This document shows, piece by piece, positions 25,926-32,000 of a stretch of 32,000 nucleotides of DNA. The stretch lies in assembly GCF_016786415.1 (NCBI RefSeq), contig NZ_JADWVN010000013.1. One strand, given 5' to 3'. How positions within the stretch are numbered: position 1 is the stretch's first letter; every line of letters starts with the position of its first letter. The DNA is from Legionella bononiensis (lineage in GTDB: Bacteria; Pseudomonadota; Gammaproteobacteria; Legionellales; Legionellaceae). The position numbers and the translations under genes are program-made. The notes under the pieces were generated by a model. The model saw nothing but the letters and a program-made list of their open reading frames with translations, ran no database searches and was not told the DNA's origin.

Positions 25926-28214
25926 ATGACTACTGCAAAAATATTATCGAAACAAGATAGAGATAATAACGCAATTAAAAAATCAGAAATGGTCTATTAT
26001 CCGGCAAAAAATAAAGACCTTGAACTACAGGCTTTGGTGCACAATGCCGCCAAATGTATCGCGCCAGTCTGGCCGCTTGAAACTTTTATCGCTTGCAATC
26101 CATTACAAGGGTTTGAAGCACAATCGTTTGAAGAGGCATTAGCTCAAGGTGCTTTTAGGCGCCAAAGAGCCGAGCGTAACCTGCAACTCGAAGAGGTTAA
26201 TCTGCAAATGATTAAATGGTGCGGCGGCTTTTTTGATGCAGGACAAGGCAGCATTTATATGCCCAATCGTGAGAAAGGTTTTTATTTTGGATTCTTAAAA
26301 TTAGCTTATTTTGATAAGCAATTACACCACAATAAAAAACAAGCAAAAGAATTTCTGCAACAATTACCTGAATCGGCAGAAGAGGCACTTAAAATGTGTC
26401 TGCAAATACTTCATGTCCCTCAAGGTCAAGAAGAAGCCTTTCTTTCCCAAACACTTCGCTATTTACCGGGCTGGGCAGGGTTTGTTAAATGGAAGACGGA
26501 TTGGCAGAATTCAAAGAAACCAGAAGAAACGCAAGTCACTCTCACAGATTTTCTGGCAGTGCGCTTGGTGTTAACTTGCATCCTTTGGCCTGATGCGGCG
26601 AAGGAAAAAAAAAGCATCGACGATGGCTCTTTGGTTAAAAAAGTGCTGACGAAATTAAAAAGTAATGAGGATTCCTATCGGCAAAAGTTATTAAGTCTGC
26701 TTTTGCCAGAGGTAAAGAAAGGAGAAGATCATCTTCCGCGCAGAAATGCTCAGTTGGTTTTTTGTATTGATGTGCGTTCCGAGCCATTTCGCCGTGCTAT
26801 AGAGTCTTTAGGATCTTATGAAACCTTTGGTTTTGCCGGATTTTTTGGACTTCCTGTGCGTATCGATGAATTTGATACCAATAAAAATAAAGAGTGTTGT
26901 CCGGTCTTGTTAAAACCAAAATATGCGATTAAAGAAATGTCGGCTGCTGCAAATAATGACGATTTTGAACGTTATCAGCGAGGAAAGGCATTCATTAATC
27001 GTTGTAAAAGCCTTTATACGCAACTCAAGAACAATGTGTCGACCCCTTTTGCCTTAGTGGAGTCTTTAGGGCTTTGGTGTGGTTTGAATATGATTTTAAA
27101 ATCGTTATCACCGGAATTAAGTCATCATTCAGTATCAGCCATCACGGGTTGGCTGAAACCTGCGATTCCGACCAAAGTAGCTTATGAATTAAGTGAAACG
27201 GATGCGGAGCAAGGTTTATCATTACACGAGCAGATTAGTTATGCTGAAACGGTATTGCGCCTTATGGGGCTGACTTCAGGTTTTGCAAAACTCATTATTC
27301 TCTGTGGTCATGGAAGTACTACCGAAAACAATCCTTATGCTTCAGCTCTGGATTGCGGCGCCTGCGGTGGGAATCATGGAGGTATAAATGCGCGATTATT
27401 GGCGTCCATTCTTAATAAACCTGAAGTTCGACGAGGCCTGGAAGACTGTGGCATGCACATCCCCTTGGATACGGTATTTTACGGAGCACAACATAATACA
27501 ACTACGGATTCAGTCGAACTTTACACACAAGATGTAGCCAAACCTATCTACCCTGAGCTTATAAGCCAACTGCAAAACGATTTAAAGGAAGCAAGGCTTA
27601 TAACCAACCAAGAGCGGAGAGTACAATTGCAGAGTTGCTCTTCTCATAAAGACATCACAAGAAGAAGCATGGACTGGTCTGAAACACGACCTGAATGGGG
27701 CTTGGCACGCAATGCTGCCTTTATTGTTGCTCCTCGGCACCTAACAAAAAATATCTCTCTTGATGGTCGCTGTTTTTTGCATTCTTATCGGTATGAGCAA
27801 GACAGTGAAGGCACATTTCTCGAGACCATTCTGACAGCGCCCATGGTGGTGGCTGAATGGATAAATACCCAATATTTATTTTCTACTTTAGATAATGTTG
27901 CCTTTGGAAGTGGAAGCAAAATTACCCACAATGTGGTTGGAACCATTGGCGTGATGCAGGGGAATGGAAGTGATCTCATGCATGGTCTTCCTCTGCAATC
28001 GGTCATGAGTTCTGATATGGAACCCTATCATGAGCCACAGCGTTTATTGACCCTTGTTTATGCCCCTAAAGAGATGGTTTCTCAAGTGATTGAAAAACAC
28101 TCCATCTTAAAAACCTTATTTTTTAACCAATGGGTGCACTTGATAGTTATCGACCCGAAGAATCAAGGAGTTTATCAACTCACCCAATCGGGTGAGTGGA
28201 TTTTAGTTGAATAA
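25926..28214 (+). CDS. dabA: DabA/MpsB: DUF2309 family, beta-carbonic-anhydrase-like subunit of the DAB inorganic-carbon pump
   Basis: 762 aa. 'PLETFIACNPLQG', 'FCIDVRSEPFRR' (CxDxR; C280, D282) and 'CGHGSTTENNPYASALDCGACGG' (H462, C477) are hallmark DUF2309 motifs. GAAGGGG RBS. Confidence 0.9.
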   Translation: MTTAKILSKQDRDNNAIKKSEMVYYPAKNKDLELQALVHNAAKCIAPVWPLETFIACNPLQGFEAQSFEEALAQGAFRRQRAERNLQLEEVNLQMIKWCGGFFDAGQGSIYMPNREKGFYFGFLKLAYFDKQLHHNKKQAKEFLQQLPESAEEALKMCLQILHVPQGQEEAFLSQTLRYLPGWAGFVKWKTDWQNSKKPEETQVTLTDFLAVRLVLTCILWPDAAKEKKSIDDGSLVKKVLTKLKSNEDSYRQKLLSLLLPEVKKGEDHLPRRNAQLVFCIDVRSEPFRRAIESLGSYETFGFAGFFGLPVRIDEFDTNKNKECCPVLLKPKYAIKEMSAAANNDDFERYQRGKAFINRCKSLYTQLKNNVSTPFALVESLGLWCGLNMILKSLSPELSHHSVSAITGWLKPAIPTKVAYELSETDAEQGLSLHEQISYAETVLRLMGLTSGFAKLIILCGHGSTTENNPYASALDCGACGGNHGGINARLLASILNKPEVRRGLEDCGMHIPLDTVFYGAQHNTTTDSVELYTQDVAKPIYPELISQLQNDLKEARLITNQERRVQLQSCSSHKDITRRSMDWSETRPEWGLARNAAFIVAPRHLTKNISLDGRCFLHSYRYEQDSEGTFLETILTAPMVVAEWINTQYLFSTLDNVAFGSGSKITHNVVGTIGVMQGNGSDLMHGLPLQSVMSSDMEPYHEPQRLLTLVYAPKEMVSQVIEKHSILKTLFFNQWVHLIVIDPKNQGVYQLTQSGEWILVE

Positions 28215-28230
28215 TAGTGAGGAGAAAAAA

Positions 28231-28596
28231 ATGAGTGTGATTAAAGTTCAAGAACGAAAAGATATTGGGATTAACCTGCATCCAATGAAAAAAATTGAGA
28301 TTATTGTTGCTGGAGAACATGAGCACCTGATAACGTCTATGATGGACGAGGCATCAGTGACAGGGTATACATTGATACGAAATGTTTCTGGAAAAGGGCA
28401 TCATGGTTTTCATGAAGGAAAAATGATGTTTAATGACAAATCCTCATTAGTCATGTTTATCGCCGTTGCACCTGAAGAAGTGATCGTAACCTTGGCTTTA
28501 GGCATGAAAACCTTGTTTCAGAACGAGTCTGGGGTGATGTTTGTTTCCGATGTTTCGGTTGCAAGGCTTGATTATTTTCACATTATGAATACTTAA
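28231..28596 (+). CDS. PII-like (GlnB-fold) small signalling protein
   Basis: 'MKKIEIIVAGEHEHLITSMMDEASVTGYTLIRNVSGKGHHG...' has the beta-alpha-beta PII layout with a T-loop-like 'SGKGHHGFHEG'. GAGGAG RBS 6 nt before ATG 28231. The ORF-track TTG at 28207 overlaps the dabA stop. Confidence 0.7.
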   Translation: MSVIKVQERKDIGINLHPMKKIEIIVAGEHEHLITSMMDEASVTGYTLIRNVSGKGHHGFHEGKMMFNDKSSLVMFIAVAPEEVIVTLALGMKTLFQNESGVMFVSDVSVARLDYFHIMNT

Positions 28597-28598
28597 TC

Positions 28599-29432
28599 AT
28601 GTACTATAAAAATCAACATGTTTTATTAGCATCCAAGCATGAAAAGGAACAAGCAATAGCTGAACCTTTTATGAAAAGGCTGTCGTGCACTTTAAATGTG
28701 CACGATTTTGATACCGATCAGTTTGGAACGTTTACGGGAGAGATTGCACGGACTCTGAGTCCCTATGAAACCTGTCTCTTAAAGGCTAAAACAGCGGCAA
28801 AACGTTATAACTATAGGCTTGCTGTAGCCTCTGAGGGAAGTTTTGGGCCTCATCCCGCATTTCCGTTTGTACCAAGCGATCATGAGTTGATGGTGTTTAT
28901 TGATAGAGAGCATGACTGGATTATTGCAGAGCAACTAGTAAGTCAAAAAACAAATTATGCGATGTTAACGGTTAACAAGAATACAGATATTGATGCTTTT
29001 CTTAAACAAGTTCATTTTCCGACTCACGCACTCATTGTACAAACAAGTTCTGATAATCGTGTTGTGGCTAAGGGCATTAATAATTTAGAACACTTGACCC
29101 ACCATCTCGCTCTTGGTTTTAAAAATGAGAAAGAACTTCTTCTAGCAACGGATATGCGAGCTATGATGAATCCTACTCGAATGACAGTGATTGGTGAGTT
29201 GGCTGATAAACTAACGCAACGAATTGCTAACCTTTGTGTTCGATGTGAGTGTCCAGGTTTTGGATTCAAGTCAACTAAAGGCACTTTACCTTGCTCGCTT
29301 TGTGGTTCCCCAACTTCATTATATGAGGAAGAAGTGTGGGGTTGTATTGCCTGTCAACATCAAGAGTACAAAATGAGAAAAGATGGTTTGTTAAAAGCCG
29401 ATCCAGCTTATTGTGATTATTGTAACCCTTAA
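28599..29432 (+). CDS. Uncharacterised protein with C-terminal double zinc ribbon (4 x CxxC)
   Basis: 277 aa. The start is 2 nt after the PII-like stop. Candidate conserved blocks 'DTDQFGTFTGE', 'ASEGSFGPHP' and 'ATDMRAMMNPTR'. C-terminus 'CVRCEC...CSLC...CIAC...CDYC'. Confidence 0.8.
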   Translation: MYYKNQHVLLASKHEKEQAIAEPFMKRLSCTLNVHDFDTDQFGTFTGEIARTLSPYETCLLKAKTAAKRYNYRLAVASEGSFGPHPAFPFVPSDHELMVFIDREHDWIIAEQLVSQKTNYAMLTVNKNTDIDAFLKQVHFPTHALIVQTSSDNRVVAKGINNLEHLTHHLALGFKNEKELLLATDMRAMMNPTRMTVIGELADKLTQRIANLCVRCECPGFGFKSTKGTLPCSLCGSPTSLYEEEVWGCIACQHQEYKMRKDGLLKADPAYCDYCNP

Positions 29433-29615
29433 TGAGCGCCTTTCCTTAAAGCTCTGCTGTTAAGCGAACTGAACTCTAATTTCTTGTTTAAATACTAATA
29501 AATTTGGGGTAGAGGTCGGTGCTCAATTAGTTAAATCTTAAATTAAAACAGAAACACAGCTTATACTGTATCTTAAATAAAAAAGCCTGATAAAGAGGCC
29601 TTTTATATTATTCTT

Positions 29616-29837
29616 CTACACTGATTTCAATTTTTTCTCAGTTGCAGCCTCTCTTTTGGGAATTCTGATTTCAAGAACTCCATGAGCGTACCGTGCAGTG
29701 ATTTTTGCATCATCCGCAGTTTGAGGAAGACTAAAGCGACGATAAAATTGCCCAAAGGGTACGATTCCAACATCAATAGATGTAAAGACAAAGAATTCCA
29801 ATCTAATTATTACCTTTAAATAACAGGCTGTATCCAC
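29616..29837 (-). pseudogene. Truncated or internally deleted Hsp20/alpha-crystallin small heat-shock protein remnant
   Basis: Only the C-terminal third of an alpha-crystallin domain is recognisable ('FGQFYRRFSLPQTADDAKITARYAHGVLEIRIPK'). The upstream 30 codons do not fit the fold. GTG start with no RBS. Confidence 0.5.
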
Positions 29838-29870
29838 TGTTTTAAAGATCTGAAGTTATGACTTCTGAAT

Positions 29871-29906
29871 TGACATCGATGCAAGCAAATTGGTGCATCG
29901 ATGTCA
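29871..29906. repeat. Perfect 13-bp inverted repeat with 10-nt spacer
   Basis: 'tgacatcgatgca'-agcaaattgg-'tgcatcgatgtca', 34 nt upstream of the hsp20 remnant. Confidence 0.8.
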
Positions 29907-30084
29907 TTAATATAGCCTGTATCTCTTGTTAATCTAAACGACTTCCTCTCATCAGGATAACGATTTTGATTGGGGATGAGCTGATGATGCGATATAAGCC
30001 TTCAGGAATCGATTCAGTCGGATTTAACCTAAAGCCCTTTTCAAGGCAGTATCTTCGCTTGATAAGATTTTCCATAAACGTCAA

Positions 30085-30103
30085 TGCCCCTTGCAAAGGG
30101 GCA
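30085..30103 (-). terminator. GC-rich hairpin, possible terminator downstream of the 252-aa ORF
   Basis: 'tgcccctt-gca-aaggggca' (8-bp stem), ~110 nt past the stop at 30213. The T-tract is weak on both strands. Confidence 0.3.
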
Positions 30104-30212
30104 ACACAATTTATTGGTTCTTAGGGTCTTGGAAGTGTATTTCTATTGGTGTAATTATGCTTCCTTAGGGGGAATTGTTGCTTCACTTCATGCATGGTGT
30201 CTTCTCTAATAT

Positions 30213-30971
30213 TTAGACACATCCATAGCTTGACGTTGCTTGAGTTGTCAACTCATCTAATCTTGAGGGAAATAGATGAAACATTGAACCCTGAGCAGCC
30301 ATACAAGATAAGTGATAATTATGTGCTTCACTTACATCAACTATGTTGAAGTATTTTATATAACGCTCTTCGCAATCCACATCTGGAAAAAAAATAGCCG
30401 ATAATTTATCTTCTAGATGACGAAACTGACAATTTGATTCAGAAGTATCATATTCTTCAGCCGAACTTCCTTTATAAAGTAAGTATAAATATTGTTTGAT
30501 AACTACATCGCGGATTTCCTTGGGTAGGAATTCATTGTAATCGATAAGTAACTGACCATAACCGCGCAAAAAGGAGAACTTTTCTGAGTCTGCCTCTAAT
30601 TTATAATTATTTTTTTCAGATTCAAGCATAATGTAGGTTGATTGGAGCAACCCTTCACCAAGTATTCGTTGAATAATATAATTAAATAATGAGGTTTCAG
30701 CCTGAGTCAAATTTTTTAGGTCAAGTTTAGGGTTTGATTCTATATTCGCTATAACCTGGAATAAAGGCTTCTGCAAATCAATCAATGAATCTTCATTTTG
30801 TGTTTGTGATTTAATGGACCTGCTCGTACTAAATAAATTCTTTAGTTTATTTTTATATTCTGAACTATTTGTATTAAATCCTAGCCTTAATCCTACTTGG
30901 ATTATTAAGTCCCAAAGAGAATTATGGGTACTCTTGCTAGAGCCCATTTTATTATCGAATAACTTAAACAT
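30213..30971 (-). CDS. Hypothetical protein, orphan, effector-like
   Basis: 252-codon ORF with a strong AAGGAG RBS 7 nt upstream. Very AT-rich. No recognisable domain. Polar, acidic C-terminus. Confidence 0.7.
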   Translation of the reverse strand: MFKLFDNKMGSSKSTHNSLWDLIIQVGLRLGFNTNSSEYKNKLKNLFSTSRSIKSQTQNEDSLIDLQKPLFQVIANIESNPKLDLKNLTQAETSLFNYIIQRILGEGLLQSTYIMLESEKNNYKLEADSEKFSFLRGYGQLLIDYNEFLPKEIRDVVIKQYLYLLYKGSSAEEYDTSESNCQFRHLEDKLSAIFFPDVDCEERYIKYFNIVDVSEAHNYHLSCMAAQGSMFHLFPSRLDELTTQATSSYGCV

Positions 30972-31075
30972 ATACTATCTCCTTAAATACTTTATAATAA
31001 ATGAAATTATATTTGCACCAAGATAATCCATATAAATCACTAGCTGAATCATCTTTTCATAAAGCTTCTGATCAA

Positions 31076-32000
31076 CTAAAAACTTAAACTCATACTTGAA
31101 GATCTCTTTAAATCATCCTCGTTATCCAAGACATTCTCCTTCTCATTTTCCCTTAGCTCAAACATCATTTTTCTATAATTTTTAATTTCCGCGTGCTTTG
31201 ATTTCTCCAGATTTTGTTTCATTTCCATGTGTTCTGCATCTGGTTTTGTTGGTTGCCATATTACCCCGTTTTCCTTTAATTGATCAGTTGCTATTCGATC
31301 CATATTTATTTCTTCTTGAGTTTGATCGATAAGAAATTCTTCACCCCAACGGCCACGAAGATCTTCTAATTGCATTTGCTTCAAACTTTGAAACTCAATA
31401 CCTGTATGCCCCACGCGTTCTATCCCCAATGGATCCAATGTGGTTTCATTAATTGTTCGAAAGCGTATATTTAGGAACTCTTCTAATTGATGATAATGCA
31501 TTAATTGTCTAGGTAATGGTGCCTGATTATCGAAAAAATCACCTCGAAGTATTGCAGCAGCATGTCCTAATTCATGGAGGAATGTGACATAGGTTTCAAC
31601 AAGATAACTTTGAGCCTTCCCGTCTTTATCTACTGTATATCCAAATGGCACACTACCTTCTTGAGCGTAGGCAAGGGTAATATTTCCCAATGCTTCCGGA
31701 GATCCTGGTTTCATTTGCTTCTGAAGTTGAACAAAAAATTCATCGACTGATAAATTTGCCCAATCATCAAAATCATTATAACTCCAACCGGTTTGCGCAC
31801 TTAAATCGGAAATGTTAAAGCCGTCTTTTGGAGTTGGTTCAACTTGAATTGCGTTTCCATGTTTCACTTTAAAATCTACTCCATGTCGTTCGATACCTGT
31901 TAGGAGCTCGGCCATTAAGACTTGACCTTGATCATCATGAAACGCTAAAAAAAAGTCTGCATCTAATGTTTCGAATCGTTCATCTTCTGGGGACTGGAGT
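31076..32000 (-). CDS. Hypothetical HExxH (zincin-like) protein, effector-like; N-terminus may lie beyond the window
   Basis: 'FLHELGHAAAIL' (HELGH is the reverse complement of 31562-31576). The frame stays open from ATG 31915 to the window edge (28 more codons without a stop). C-terminal Lys/Glu coiled region and a Ser-rich tail. Confidence 0.65.
   Translation of the reverse strand, partial: LQSPEDERFETLDADFFLAFHDDQGQVLMAELLTGIERHGVDFKVKHGNAIQVEPTPKDGFNISDLSAQTGWSYNDFDDWANLSVDEFFVQLQKQMKPGSPEALGNITLAYAQEGSVPFGYTVDKDGKAQSYLVETYVTFLHELGHAAAILRGDFFDNQAPLPRQLMHYHQLEEFLNIRFRTINETTLDPLGIERVGHTGIEFQSLKQMQLEDLRGRWGEEFLIDQTQEEINMDRIATDQLKENGVIWQPTKPDAEHMEMKQNLEKSKHAEIKNYRKMMFELRENEKENVLDNEDDLKRSSSMSLSF

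Noticed and set aside
25253-26613. Homopolymeric A tracts inside dabB (A8 at 25253-25260 and at 25405-25412) and dabA (A9 at 26605-26613) as possible phase-variation switches
   Set aside because: They encode Lys-Lys runs (AAA AAA), which are common in AT-rich genomes. Similar A/T runs occur throughout the window (for example 4689-4696 and 17520-17527). There is no evidence of length heterogeneity from a single sequence.
30213-30227. C-terminal 'SYGCV' of the 252-aa orphan as a CaaX prenylation box
   Set aside because: The Cys is at position -2, not -4, so the motif does not fit CaaX. It also does not fit the CC or CxC geranylgeranylation motifs.
25370-31026. ORFs 25370-25585(-), 25413-25604(-), 26311-26574(+), 27785-28006(-), 29024-29284(-) and 30814-31026(+)
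   Set aside because: They lie inside dabB, dabA, the zinc-ribbon gene and the 252-aa orphan in other frames, with no motif or RBS support.
1-32000. Scan for CRISPR arrays, IS elements, transposases, integrases, tRNA/rRNA genes and long direct repeats
   Set aside because: I found no regularly spaced repeats, no transposase or integrase-like ORF and no terminal inverted repeats flanking an ORF. The only repeats seen are the in-gene IPT modules and the short palindromes listed above.

Overview
AT-rich gammaproteobacterial chromosomal segment. A Legionella-like (Legionellales) origin is my inference from composition, an IPT/TIG-DUF1566 surface protein and very AT-rich orphan effector-like ORFs; it is not proven. 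I support about 30 CDS and found no rRNA, tRNA, CRISPR array, IS element or integrase. Left to right: a 5'-partial IPT/TIG-DUF1566 adhesin-like gene; two orphan secreted or membrane proteins; a translationally coupled pair of divergent NCS2 (xanthine/uracil-type) permeases; a MarR gene divergent from an FrsA-like alpha/beta hydrolase across a 44-bp palindrome; an XRE-HTH plus membrane protein pair; a GC-richer FAD oxidoreductase; an outer-membrane beta-barrel protein; an SDR plus FeS-type (6-4) photolyase/cryptochrome; and a short-Q-loop cytochrome bd oxidase (cydAB). A long minus-strand block follows: LysR, an ABC-like exporter, HlyD, TolC, a class I CPD photolyase and TspO. Divergent from the LysR gene is a DAB/MpsAB-type inorganic-carbon pump operon (dabB, dabA, PII-like) with an extra uncharacterised zinc-ribbon gene fused to its 3' end. 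The window ends with an Hsp20 remnant and two very AT-rich effector-like orphans, one carrying HELGH. The best candidates for new biology are (1) the tightly coupled TolC/HlyD/ABC exporter, whose ABC subunit keeps the NBD scaffold but has lost every catalytic ATPase motif and which runs directly into the photolyase and TspO, and (2) the uncharacterised 277-aa double zinc-ribbon protein coupled to the DAB-PII operon.
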